A stretch of DNA of 64,000 nucleotides, from positions 248,001 to 312,000 of the forward strand of contig NW_027117342.1 in the NCBI RefSeq assembly GCF_038025025.1, in the 5' to 3' direction. Made by a program: the position numbers and the translations under genes. Every line of letters begins with the position of its first letter. Position 1 is the stretch's first letter. The notes beneath the pieces are model-generated. The model did no database searches. It was not told the DNA's origin and saw nothing but the letters and a program-made list of their open reading frames with translations. This DNA is from Phyllosticta citribraziliensis. Lineage: Eukaryota. Positions 23,012 through 36,349 of the stretch are shown here, in pieces.

Positions 23012-23641
23012 AAGAAAGTGAAGTGAAGGTGGAAGTGGTGTAAGAGAGCGCTGCTACGTCACGGAAAACGAGAAAAGGAGGCGAAGCGAAGGGAGCAAAG
23101 TAGAAAAGTATGAATTGTTACGAATTCAAGAACTGGATACGAAGTACACGTCGGCTAGGTACTGTCAACTGTCTATTGGCCGCTACACTGCACTGCGATG
23201 GCGAATCGACCAATGGATTGTGTGATCGTGTGGTGAAAGATGTACTTGCCTTGTGTGGCGGCGTGAGTGAATGAGTGAGTCAAAGCACTGCCAGTTGCCT
23301 GTGTATGTATGTCCGTATGTAACTGGGGGGGGATGTGGCCAGTGCAGTGCGTGCCGAGGGCGTGGAAGAGATGCATATACGCAAAGGGATGTAGCCAGTG
23401 CTTGCGTGCGTGCGTGGGTGCGATCAGAGCCGTCTGGTCTGTTTACCATTGTAGGCAAGTAGGTAGGTAGGTAGGTGATGAGCTACTATGTAAGGCTCTG
23501 ACTGCGTAGAGAAAAGAAAGTAGGTGGATCAAAAAAAGGAAAAGGGGTTGGTTACCAAATCTACACTTTATTTTCGTAAAACTTCAACTCAATCTATAAC
23601 TGATAATGTAACTCTATGCTCCCGCCTATTTTGCCTTTGAC

Positions 23642-23693
23642 CTACTACTACTACTACTACTACTGGCACCACCACCACCACCACCACCACCAC
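23642..23693. repeat. Compound (CTA)n(CAC)n microsatellite
   Basis: Visible trinucleotide tracts between the convergent sreA and TAO3 3' ends. Confidence 0.85.
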
Positions 23694-24394
23694 TTTATCA
23701 ACCTGCGCACAAATACATCGTACACCCCAAGGAGCCCTATTTTCGGGTTCCTAGCTACTAACATAGAAAACAAAGACGCCATCGAGATGTGAGTTCGAGA
23801 ATCCAAGTGTGGATGTAGATGATTCGCTTTTTTCTCTCTTCTTTTCTGTTTCTGCTACGTGTGTGGAAGGGAGGGAAAAATGAGGGGGAAATGAGCTCAT
23901 GCGAGATGAGCCGAGGGGAGCTGGGCGGAGGCCTGCTTGGTTTTCTACATCTAGCAGTTGGTTGGTATATCGTACATTGGTAGCATAGCTGCACAGCAAG
24001 GCGGCATGGCATGGCATGGCTTCAGTCAAATCGAATCGAGCCCGTTTCCACACAACCGAACACATGACAGCTACAGCTACAGCTACAGATACAGCCCGAT
24101 ATCCGACCAAACCACCTCACGACAGGGCGACATCGCTCTCGACACGCAAGCAAGCGTTGGGCTGGCAACACTTGATGCTTTTCATCTTTTCCCATTCGCC
24201 GACGGACATCACACATCACGATGGGCCGGAAAGAAGAGAAGACAGAGAAGAGAAAAGGGAAAAAAAAAAGAGAATACCGTGAGGATACCTACTACTATAA
24301 GTGCCGCCGTAATCCACATATCCCATCCCACATCCCCCTCCCATCCCATCCATCCTCCCTTCCCCCCTGGTCCATCCCATCCCGCCCTCAACCC

Positions 24395-27300
24395 CTACAT
24401 ATCCCCACTCCTCGGCCTCTCCCGCTCCCTCTCCCTGTCCCTCTCCAACCCCCCCGCCCCACCCACGCCCAACGCCCCCGTCCCCGTCACCGCGCCCGGC
24501 AGCGGCGGCAAGCGCGGCAACTGCGGGATCTGCGGACTCGTGATGGAGCGCTGCTGCAGGAAAGGGTGCGGCTGGCGCAGGGCGTCGCCTTCTTTCTTCC
24601 TGCTTCCGATACCACCGCTGCTACTGCTGCCCGGGGCGTTGGTGGCGTTCAGGGTGGGGGTGTGGAAGGGGTTGTTGAGGGCATGGTTGTTGCTGATGAT
24701 GGGCGAACTAGGGTCGCCAATGCCGACACGCTCGCCGCGATCCTTCTCGCCGCCCGTCAGCCGCCGCATGCCTGAGCGCAGGCCGGCACCGACGCTGCGG
24801 CTTTGCGCGAAGGGGCGCATCATATTCTCGAGGGAGAAGTTGGAGTTGCTATTACTGTTGTTGGTGTTGGAGTTGGATGAGGAGCTGCTGCTGCCGGGCG
24901 GCGGCGGCGCGTCCTTGGACGAGTGGAGGTTGATGTTGGGGCCGGGTATGACGACGGGATTGGCGCCGCCCGACGCAGAGGCGGAGCCGCCGAGCGACGA
25001 CGTGATGATGGGGGGGATGGAGACGAGGCTGCTGGCGTTGGAGGGGCCGTCGCCGCCGCGGCCAATGTGCAGCGGGCCCGTAGGTGCGCTGGCCGGGCCG
25101 CTCGGCCCCGTGGCGCTGGCCGTGCTGGCCGTGCTGATGCTGCTGCCGGCGGGCGAGGGCCGGCTGTTGACCGTGTCGATGCTGGAGCGGCCGATGATGG
25201 GGGGGCCGGGGGGTATGAAGGGGGCACGCGGTGGACCGAGGTCTTCCTCGGACAGGAACTCTTCGTCTTCATCTATGGCGGGGCCTGGGCCCGGGCCGGA
25301 CAGGGACGACGTGGAAGACGTCAACGCATGCCCATAGCCTCCAGCGGGGGAGGCACGAGATACTCCTTGTTGCTGCGGGTTGACGCTGGGCGACGTTACG
25401 GATCGCGAGTGCATTTGCTGGCGCGCAGACGGGAGTGGCAGGTTTGGCGTGGACGTGCTGCTTGCTTGGACGATGGGTGAAGAAAAGGCTGTTGGTGTCA
25501 TGATCGAATGGTCGACGGAACGGGTGGGTGTGATTTTCATGTCCGCAAAGCCAGTTTGGAACGAACTGACACTTGCGTTGCGCGTGAGGGATTTGTGTAG
25601 GATGGGTGCCGTCTGCTGGTCGTAGAGGTTCTCGCGCACTTGCAGGCTGCTGCCACTGTGGAAGCGACTCAGGCTTGGACTCGAAGGGATTGCAGTCGAC
25701 GAACCGTAGTCCACGACTGTGTCGTCTTCGAAAAAGTCGTCCAAGTCGTCGAGAGTTTGCATGAGATCGCCAATGTTCCCGTCTCCGCGCGTTCCCTCGG
25801 ACGACATTGTGATGGTCCTCTCATCCGGTGGGAAAGACGAGTAAAGGGACGGGTATTCTTCAGCTCGGAACTCAATCTTGGGCGTAGTCACCTCCGCAGC
25901 AACAGAGACCTCGGCTGGAGCGGTCGTGTAGAAGACGGCGTGGACGTTGTGTCTCGTCATGGCGGAACACACGGCAGGCATGGGAATAGACCAGCCCGTT
26001 TCCTCCGGTATGCCGTACAAGCTTTGCGTTCTTTCGTACTCTTTCCTAAAAGCGCGAGTCGAGTGCGAGCCAGCCATACTCATGCGAATGTGGTGTCGCT
26101 CAAGAGGATTGGCGGTGCCACTGAGCGGTGTGTTGAGGATGTGATCGAGGACCTGGAGCGCCTGCAAGCAAAACTCGGTCTGCAACAGGCGGAGGAGCGG
26201 AGAAATGAGATCCGACCCCTTGGTCGATACGTCGGGCTTTCTCAGGTCAATGTCCTGAATGATGACACACAACAAGTCCATCGTCTTGATCTTGACCCAG
26301 GGATTCTTGTTGAGCAGAAGGCCCATCAGGAATACAAGTGACTTGAAGTCGTGCTCGGGGAAGAACGACAGGCGCAGCGCTGGGACAAGCTGGTTCAAAA
26401 AGTCTCTGGCGGCGCGGTAGCGAGTGGCTGCAAAGCCGCGGAGCGCTGTTGCAACATCCGAGTGCCCTTTGCACTCTGCAATGTTGGCAAGGTTCTCCGC
26501 AGAAGCAAAAGCCGTGCTGTCGCGAGCCTCTTGCTCATAAGTCTGCAAATATCTCGGAAGGTTCGCGAGCAGGGTGAATAAGAGGACATTGTCCGGCCCG
26601 ACAAGCTCACTTGGGGGCAAGGCAGAAAGTTTCTCGAGGATCCGGAGTGTGCGATCCAAGCAGGTGCTGGACTTGACTCCCTTGTAAACAAGCTCAGCCA
26701 GTCCATCGAACGAGCCGCCTTCCCAGTGGTCCGGATAGTGATCCTTGAGAAGTTTCAACACGGCGGGATCTCCAAGGTCCAGCTTGTCGAGCAGCTTGTC
26801 CAGCATAGCCAGACTCTCCATAAACTCTTCCTCATGTACAGTCTGCAAACATGCACATGTAGTCCAGAAGAGTTGGGGATACTGAATCAAGTCTGTGCGG
26901 TCGAGCTCCTCGATGATGGTGCGGAGAGTGGTCAAAATCTCCATGGAAAAGGTGATGATTTCGTCGTCCTCGTCGGAGATTGTGTTGGAAAGCCGAGCCA
27001 ACATGTCGCCGAGCATGGTTTGATCCAAAGAGCTGAGGATGCAACGGAAAAGTTGGAAGGAACGGCACGCGAGATGCCGTACAGGACAGTTCGTCGCCCA
27101 ATTGAGTGTTGTCCTACCCCACTCCTCCCGGATGCCAGGATAAGTAATGGTAAAAATCTTGACTACCTCCGTGGCTACGTATTGCATGGCCTCGGGCACG
27201 CGCAGAGTTGACTCATCGTCGTCTTTGCCATTGGCGTCCTCATAAGACCAAACGACCTTGGGATGGTGTTGTCGGATGGATTCAATAAAGTCTTCAATGT

Positions 27301-30300
27301 ATTTCTTGTCCGGCGAGGTGCCGACTACGTCAATCTTTGAGATGACGAGCTCATGCATGAGGTGGACCAGCATTTCCCTTGCTTGATCCTGGACGATTGG
27401 TGTGTAATGGTCCCAGAGGACGAGAACTGCTTGCAGGAGCAAGGGAACGTTTTCCTTGGTAAGCTGAATGGGAGAGACCATGAGATCAACAAGGAGAATC
27501 AAGCAGAGCTGACCCAAGGAGAATCCGGACTGCAGCATGTCAGACGAGTCGTTTTGATCAAGGAGGATACTCACCTGCTTGTTTCCCGAGGCCAGAACCG
27601 TTCCTAGGTCTGCCACATAGGGGAACATGACACACTCCGCTGGGGCTTGAATGTGCTCCCTCTTCTCAGGAGCCATGGCCCTAGGCGTAATCTTGAGCAA
27701 CAGAAACTCGACAACTTTGGAACCAGCCGGGGTATTTGAAAGATAGACAACAATCTGCTTGGCGTAATCGACGAAATTCTGCTCCCGCTTGTCGGAGCAA
27801 AGAGAAATGATGAAATCGAGGACCAGTTGAACGTTTCCAGCGTGTGGTCCTGTAGCCAGCGCCTGCCATAGAGCCTGGATCTCGTTGTGCAGAATGTTCC
27901 CAGACTTGACCGTAATCTCAAACAGATTGACGAGCAGCATGTACGAGCTGGCCGTGGGGTTGCCATTGGGCTCAACCTGCAGTTCGATTATCTGTATCCA
28001 AGGAAGCATGGCCGCAACCATGTTTCGCTGCTGGTCCGGCTGGAGCTGCCTGAAGTAAAAGGCAAACTCGGAAAAAACGTAGAACGCAATCTCGGCGTGC
28101 TGTTTGGCTAGCCTTCGAGACATTTCAAACTGTGCGGCTTTGTAAACGGCAATGGTCTTGTCGGAAATACTAATATCCAGGTCCTGAAGCTTCGAGTTCT
28201 TTTGCTGTCGCTCCTCCAGGATGCGCAGGATGCGCAGGGACTTCATCCGTATCTTGTTGCTTTCGTTTCCCAAGGCGTAGAGCCCAGCGCTCAAAACCTT
28301 GTAGAAAGGAAGCACAAAGTCCTCCCTTTCCGTGAGCACCTGGGTGACCACTTCAAAGTAACTTTCCAGGGATTTTGAATGTCTGGAAAGGTAGCACATC
28401 TCGACCGAGCGCTCGATGAGATACGGATGCTCCTTGTTGTGCAAGATCAAATTCCGGAGCGCTCTTCGACCGATTGAATGCACCTTGTCGCTGGGTGTTT
28501 CGAAGATGGAGTCGATCCAAACCAATAAGCGTCTGACATCAAACTGCAGGTTCACGCCGCTCTCCGTCTGGATTCTGATAGGGCCACCGCATAGAGACGC
28601 CATGGCGCTCAATGCTGCGGTCCGCAGCTCCTTTCTCTCAATCTCCATCGACGCCGTGGCAAACTGCTTGTTTCCTGGATCATGCTCTCTCTCGAGCACT
28701 GACCGCCGCATGGTATTTTCCCTCAGCTGAATTTGATTTTGGTTCGGCGAGTATCCACACCAATCTTCCATGAGCGTGAATGCGGCTTTTCTGGCCTGGA
28801 AAGGCATCCAGCGGATGGGATCCTTTGTCCTGTTGATTCCCTCGAAGAGCTCCTCCATGACACCGCAGTAATGCGACCTCAGCTTGCTATAGCTCCACTC
28901 ATTCTGCACCTCCTGGTCGTTGAGAAAGAGTCTGAGGTCCTTAGTATAGCTGATTAGATTGTTCAGGATCCAGTCGTCGCCGTAGACTTCAGGGGATCGT
29001 AGGAAATGGGATGTGAGCTTGTACACGTAGGTAACCTCTGTCCTGAGGTAGTCGACAGAACGGTCTCTTCGAGGAGGTACGCTGACAGATCTTTGGTGCA
29101 TCTGCATTTGAGTGGCCAGTCTCATTTTTGCATCCTCGTCGCACTTCTTCACCAACGGCTGGAGCGACTCGAGGAGCTGGCGATAGATGTTTTGGTTGAT
29201 AGAGCCCAAGCCTCCAACGGCAGCCCCTCGTACTGCCGGATTTGGTGCCTGGAGCAAAGGAGCCACATTGTCAAACAAGAGCTCCGCAGAGTACACTCGG
29301 TTGTTCTGGGAGTTCTTTTGCGACGACTTGGAGCCCTTTCGGGAGTGTATTGGTGTTTGGTGTGGTGTCTGCTGTCCCCGTGCTGTCGTAAGGGTTGTAC
29401 AGGCGAAAATGAGGTAGAGTTTCCATTGCTCAATCGTGAGTTCTGGGGTTGTATGAAGCCTACCCCTGTTGGCGGCCATATCCAGCGGGGGGTTGGGAGC
29501 GGGCCGGGGCATGTGAGCGAGTGATTGGATGATGGACTGCATCTGGAGAAGCCGACCACAAACACTATTTCTGGTGTGTGCCACAGCGAATGGGCAGATT
29601 TCTGAGCTTATTCCGACGAGATTCGGAAACATCTTGAACCAGAGAGTCGAATCATAAGGCGCGTCACTCCCGCAAAGCTCGACCAGCGTGCTGTTGAGGT
29701 TGCTTCTTCTCAATCCACGCTGGAGTCGGCTTCTCTCCGCCACCGAAAGCTTCTCGTCGTTGACGTCCATCACGAGTTGAGGACTTCCTTCCAGAATTCG
29801 AATCACTCGGCTGCTTTCTTTGCCGAGTGCCGTGTCGAACTCTGTAACCAGCCGCAAGACCGTCACAGCAAATGTCCGAACGCGCCTCGAAGGCGAGCAC
29901 AGGAAGAACAAGCCATGCGATTCGATTTCGTCAACGTACGCGTCGACGCCAGACAAACTCAGCGACGCTCCGCGGTCAGGGTCACCATCAAAGGGCTCCG
30001 TGGACGCCCTCTGGATTCGATGCTTGATCTCGTCGATCCAGATTTGGAGCAACTCGACGTACAACCGCAGGGTGCTCTCAATGTGGCCAGGTCCGAGCAT
30101 GCCACCATCAGACATTGTAGCATAACGATCCTCAAAGTTGAAGATGAATCTAGCAAAGCCGATGGTGACCTGTTGGGCGTGGGACTGTCGCGCGATGGAC
30201 TTTAGGGACTGGGCCGAGGATGCGGCTATACCGCTCTGGACGTGTGCAGTGCCCGTGCACAAGAGGTTGATAAGATGATTGAAGTTGATATGAGGAGACA

Positions 30301-33008
30301 GGCATCGGGGCAGCGCTTGGACGGCAACGTGGAGCAGATCGTAGAAACCCTGGCGCACATCAGACGCACCCAAGTGATCGTCTCTCCGCCCAAAACTAAA
30401 GGCTTCGGCCATGGGCGTTTTTGGTGCCTGTGAAGAAAACTTTTCGTCCAGCACGGCTTGGCCGCCAAATGCATTGTCGCAAATGATGGTGATTTCGCCA
30501 AGGATTTTGCAGAACTTGTTGTAAGACTCTTTGGTAATCTCTGGAAAGTCTGCAATCATCACTGGCCTGGAAAGCCGTTCCTCCTTGAGAGTGACGGCTT
30601 TGGGAGACCTCATTTGCATAGACGGCCGGGGACTAATGGGTTGCATTGGCATCTCCATGGGTTGGAGCAAATCGTCGTCGGGGAAGCGCTCTGGAAATGG
30701 CGGTTGTTCTCCCTTTTCCAAATCGGCCATGACGGCGAGGAAAGCTCGAATGCCAATGACCATTCTCTCGGGCTCCAAGTTTTCAACCTTGAGCTCTTTT
30801 CCCAACCCGAATTGATCAGAATTCATCAAGGGGAAAATGATGTTGCGGAAACAAAGGTCCTGGTACTTGAAGCCAATGAAACGGATCAGTTGGATTATGG
30901 GCTCGGCGATGGTTGCCTCGGTCGATAGGTAAGATCTTCTTCCGGGTTGGAAAACGAGACGGATGACGTCCTCGAGCTTCCTGATGGTGATTCCATGCGG
31001 TTCCGCGATCCTGTACAGATACGTCCAGACCAAGCGACATACATTGCGCAGAGCGTAGGGGCGAGTGGTTCGCTCTTTCAATTTTGGACCCAGAGGGCTT
31101 ATCAAACTCATCCACTGGGACGCAAAGACTTCGGTTGGTGATGCACACGTGAGAATGGCCATTAGAGGGAATGCGGCCTGCCAATGTTTCGGTTTGCTTA
31201 GCATCTGCGTCAACCTCGGCTTGATCGTATCAATCACGAGCTTCCATTTCGGGACGTTGACCTCTGAGGTGGCTGTTGCGGCGATTGGCAGGAGAAATTC
31301 TTCGAACAGGTGACAATACGCATGTTTAACAGGTTGGCCGTGGACTCCGGCAAAGAGTTCGCCGAGAGATAGCATCAGGTCGCAGGAGTGGCTCCACGCT
31401 TCTTCGGGCTGGAACTTGAGCCTAAGATATTTCATACCTCTGATGATGAGGACGGCCTTGCCCTCGACGGCTCTAGGTTGCAGCCCCTTGATCACTAAAT
31501 GCTTTTGCATCTCCTTGAGGTCGGACACAAATCTGCTGGCTACACTGTCAAAGTTCATGTCGCTCATGACGCCGAGAAGGCGACCAAAGATGACCCAGTT
31601 GGCATTTTTGAGCGGGGATTCTTCCAAGGAGTCTGGATCAGCTTGCTTGAGCTGCGAGTAGATGATGTCTTCGAGGCGTTCAGCCATTTCCTCGGTGACG
31701 TAGGATAAGCTACTTTGGCCAATGATTTCCATCAGGACTCGGCAGAGCAGGTAGATGGACACGGTCGACTTTCTCTCAGCCTCGACTACGGCTTGCTGCA
31801 GGGCAAGCGTGGCGTGCGTGGGGGCATGGACCGGGCCGTACTGGTTGTGAGGCAGCGAGGGTCTCGAAGAGCTTCCCATTTCGTGAATTGGCTGCAGGGC
31901 TGCTCGGGTCTGCACGTGGTCAGAGATTTGTCGAATCGTGACCGCGTCGACTTACCGCTTCTAGCTCCTTTTTCTTGTCGTTTGCCTTTTCGCTCTTGGC
32001 CTTGCGCCAAAACATGAGCGTATCAATCAGCGGCTTGGGCTTTTCTCGCGCGACATGGCCAAGCGCATAAATCAACTGATCGAACGCCGGGTCCACTCCA
32101 GGTCCGCACACGGACTCGACCTTTGGCTCCGCTCCTTGCACGTCCGAGACGCATTGGTTTATCTTTTGGTCGGCTTGTCCAACAAAAGAGTTGAACAAGT
32201 GGTGCAGGGCCATTTCGCCGACATTGCGCCCTTGGTGGTTCCGCGACTGAGAGCGGCCGTGATCATGGTCGCGCTTCACTCTGAGGCTGTCGGTGCGCTC
32301 TAACCGGCGCTCTGGACCGCGAAAGATCTGAGTGTTTCCGTCTGGGATGTGACGTGGCTCGGCGCCCGCTGTCACGGCAGGCCCATACCTAGCGCTGGAT
32401 GGATTTATGCCGCCGGGGGAGTCTGAGAATTCGTCGTGAGAAATCATCATGGAGCCATCGAGAGTGTGGACGTTTCCGCCCCCCGCGGCAGCGATGATTT
32501 GGGGGCTCAGCGGACTCGGGGACTGGGGGTTTGCGAAGCTCGTGTTGCGCGAGTGTTGTATGCCATGGACAATGGAAGTGTTGCGATGGTGGCCGTAGGA
32601 CAGCGAGGGCCTCCGCTCTGCTCCTGGGTCGGGGGTGGAGCGGTCTCTGGAAACGGCCACGACGGGTGTTTGGGAACGCGAAGAGGGAGCGCGTTGGCTG
32701 CCGATTGTTGGGGCGCGGCCGCGACTCACGGGAGACTCGCAGGAGGGACTGGCATGGACCGAGGGTGGTGCGGGGAAGTCGGGGTGGTTATAGTGCGACA
32801 GATTGTTGGCAGCATGCTGTCGGGCTTGAGACGGAGGGGGGAGAGCTGGAGCGGGTCAAGGCTTGGTTAGCATCAAGCTTAAGGTGTAGGGAAACATGTC
32901 AGGACAAAAAGACTGATGGGCGGCGGGTAAAGCCGCGGGTGGTGCAGGGCAGGGCAGGGCAGGGCAGGGCTGCAGGTAGGTAGTTTGGTTGAACATGTTC
33001 TCACCCAT
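24395..33008 (-). CDS. TAO3: RAM/MOR network scaffold Tao3/Pag1/Mor2 (Furry family)
   Basis: About 2,800 aa. Introns at 31955-31910 and 27574-27530 (45 nt, in frame), plus probable intron 33004-32846 after a 4-nt coding first exon (ATG G). Motifs PKPLIDTLMFWRK, AERKSTVSIYLLCRVLMEI and WATNCPVRHLACRSFQ. The start is less certain than the rest. Confidence 0.92.
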
Positions 33009-34206
33009 CCCGCTTTTGGAGCCTCTTCATCGGGGCACAGAGGCTGGTCTAGGGCGAAGCCATGGGGTCCTTGTGGAGTCGCAAAAGGGCTGCAGGGCCG
33101 CGGCAGCAATGGATCAGGACGGGGCGAATCGAGGGCGTTGGAGCCAACGGTCGCGCATGTGGACGACGACGCAAGGCCAATCAATGGGGGAGGCGAGCTG
33201 GGCGGTAGGAGCGGTAGGGTGGGTGTTGATGATGACGGAGACGGTGGTGATGGTTGTAGTCAGTCAAGCGAGCACATCCATCAGCGACGGATAATGGCCG
33301 GTGGCACGCGTCGCGCAGTGCCATCCGATGTCATGTCAACGGTGCCATCGGCCATTTGTCGTCGACTAAACTTCACGAACACGATCGTCTCACTCAGGTC
33401 AGGGCTGCTCCAGCTGCTGACGGGCGCAGCGCCAGTGCCACGAGGGGGTGCTACTTTTAGTCGACGCGGTGAGAAAGGCCGTGGTTTGTCGCAAGACGAC
33501 GATGCCATGTCCTGCATCTCTCGGGCTATGGTTGCAGAAATGGATGGTCGATTCGGGATTCGGATGTCAGATCAGCCGCCGTCAGTCAGGTCAGGTCGCG
33601 TTGCCGGGCGGCCTCAGGTTCAGTTCCCGTCAGTTTCCACACCACCTCACTGCTCCAAGCAGATCGATCCGAGGGACAAGTCAAAGGGTCCGCCGCGCCC
33701 CAGGAGAAGCGCCCGCCCGCTTATCGCCCAGGGCCCGCCCAGCCCAGCCCACGCCAGCCCGTCAGCCACTGCCACCCTCAGGTCTTCAAAGACTTGCTTG
33801 GATTCCGTCCCGCTTCATCGCCTTCTTCATATTATTGTTATTCCTTTTCCAGCACTCCACTGCCTCCAATTGCTGGTGCCTGGACGCTCTCCCAGGATCG
33901 TGCCGCTCTGCGTCGTCGACTTCGACTCCCCATCTACCCGCTTTCGGCCCCTTCTCCACACGTGCCCCATCACAAGCCGGCCGGTTTCGCGCAAACTCCC
34001 GGCGGGCAGCTCATCCTCGGGTGCCCGCTTGTCAGATATCCTTCGCCGCCACTGAGACCACGTTTCGTGCTTGCTGGAGTCTAGTCTTTTCCAGGCAGCA
34101 CTCTAAACTAGTCCTGCTACAAAGTATGTCCCGTCCTATATCTTCTGCGCCTCTTCCATCCGCCCCGCCCCCGGCGCTGACTCTCGCTCGCAAGACAGCA
34201 GACAAC

Positions 34207-36349
34207 ATGGCCCAGCTCGATACCCTCGACCTGGTGGTGCTCGCCGTGCTCCTGGCCGGCACCATTGCCTACTTCACCAAGGGAACCTACTGGGCAAAGC
34301 CCGCCGACCCTTTCGCCGGCTCGCTGGCTCACACCAATGGCGCCAAGGCCGGCAAGTCGCGCAACATCATCGAGAAGATGGATGAGACGGGGAAGAATTG
34401 CGTCGTCTTCTACGGCTCTCAGACCGGCACCGCCGAGGACTACGCATCGCGTTTGGCCAAGGAGGGTGCTTCGCGCTTTGGCTTGAAGACCATGGTCGCC
34501 GATCTGGAAGACTACGACTTTGACAATCTGGACCAGTTCCCCGAGGACAAGGTCGCCATCTTCGTCCTGGCCACCTACGGCGAGGGAGAGCCCACTGACA
34601 ATGCCGTCGAATTCCACGAGTTCATCACCGGCGAGGATTCGTCCTTTAGCGACGGCGGTTCCGCCGCCGACAAGCCTCTGACCAACCTTCGCTACGTCGC
34701 CTTCGGTCTCGGAAACAATACCTACGAGCACTACAACTCCATGGTCCGCTCGGTAGATGCCGCATTGCGCAAGCTCGGTGCTACCAGAATTGGTGACGCC
34801 GGAGAGGGCGATGACGGCGCCGGAACCATGGAAGAAGACTTTTTGGCCTGGAAGGAACCCATGTGGGCTTCTCTGACTGAGAAGATGCACCTGGAGGAGC
34901 GCGAAGCTGTTTATGAGCCCGTCTTTGAGGTTTCGGAGAAGCTTGAAATGAGTGCCGAGACCGACGAAGTCTACCTCGGGGAACCCAACAAGCACCACCT
35001 CGAGGGTGCTCAAAAGGGACCCTTCAACGCGCACAACCCGTACATTGCCCCGATTGCGGAATCCAAGGAACTCTTCACGGCCGGCGAGCGCAACTGCTTG
35101 CACATGGAAATCGACATTGGTGGCTCCGGCCTCTCGTACCAGACTGGTGACCACATTGCCGTGTGGCCCACCAACCCCGGCAAAGAGGTTGACCGCTTCC
35201 TCAGAGTACTCGGTCTTGACCAGAAACGCGACACGGTCATTAGCGTCAAGGGAATTGACCCTACCGCCAAGGTTCCCTTCCCTTCTCCGACGACCTACGC
35301 TGCCGCCGTCCGCTACCACATGGAAATCTGCGCCCCCGTATCCCGTCAATTCGTCCACTCTCTGGCCCAGTTTGCCCCTAACGATACTACCAAGGCTGAG
35401 CTCACCAAAATGGGCACTGACAAGGACTACTTTTCTGAAAAGGTCGCCGCTCTCAACCTCAATATCGCTCAGCTTCTCGAAATCCAGTCCACTGGCCAGC
35501 CGTGGTCGTCGATTCCATTTTCAATCATGATTGAGGGTCTGCACAAGATTCAGCCGCGTTACTACTCCATTTCGTCTTCGTCGTTGGTTCAAAAAGACAA
35601 GATTTCCATCACGGCGGTCGTCGAGTCGATTGAGAAGCCGGGGGCCCCTCACATTGTCAAGGGCGTCACGACCAACTACCTGCTGGCGCTCAAGCAAAAG
35701 CAGCACGGCGTGGCTGATCCTGATCCACACGGTCTCAACTATGCTCTTACTGGTCCTCGCAACAAGTACGACGGCATCCATGTTCCGGTTCACGTGCGCC
35801 ACTCCAACTTCAAGCTGCCCTCGGATCCGTCCAAGCCCGTCATCATGGTCGGCCCGGGAACTGGCGTGGCTCCCTTCCGGGGCTTCGTCCAGGAACGCGC
35901 AGCGCTTGCGCGGGCGGGCGAAAAGGTTGGAAAGACGGTTCTCTTCTTTGGCTGCAGGAAGCGAGATGAAGACTTTCTTTACAAGGATGAGTGGGAGGTA
36001 AGCTAATCACGGAAGCAGATTTGTTTTGATGGATTGGCTGACCTGTGCGCAGGAGTACAAGAAGGACCTGGGCGACGCCTTTGAGCTTCACGTTGCCTTT
36101 TCCCGAGAGGGCCCCAACAAGGTTTACGTGCAGCACAAGATCCAGGAACAGGCCGAGAACATCGACAAGCTGCTGCAGCAAAAGGCGTACTTTTACGTGT
36201 GCGGTGACGCCGCGCACATGGCACGCGAGGTCAACAACCTGCTTGGACAAATCATCTCCAAGCAGCGCGGGTTGCCCGAGTCCAAGGGCGAGGACATAGT
36301 CAAGTCGATGCGCGCGTCGAACCAGTACCAGGAGGATGTGTGGTCGTGA
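34207..36349 (+). CDS. cprA: NADPH-cytochrome P450 reductase
   Basis: ATG at 34207 (MAQLDTLDLVVLAVLLAG, membrane anchor). FMN motifs YGSQTGTAE and ATYGEGEPTDN, FAD motif RYYSISS, NADPH motif GPGTGVAPF, and C-terminal YQEDVWS. Intron 35998-36052. Probable 5'UTR intron starting GTATGT at 34124. Confidence 0.96.

Noticed and set aside
33448..34206. 250-aa N-terminal extension of CPR in the ORF track
   Set aside because: The canonical CPR start MAQLDTLD is at 34207. The upstream sequence is promoter or 5'UTR-like and contains a probable UTR intron beginning at 34124.
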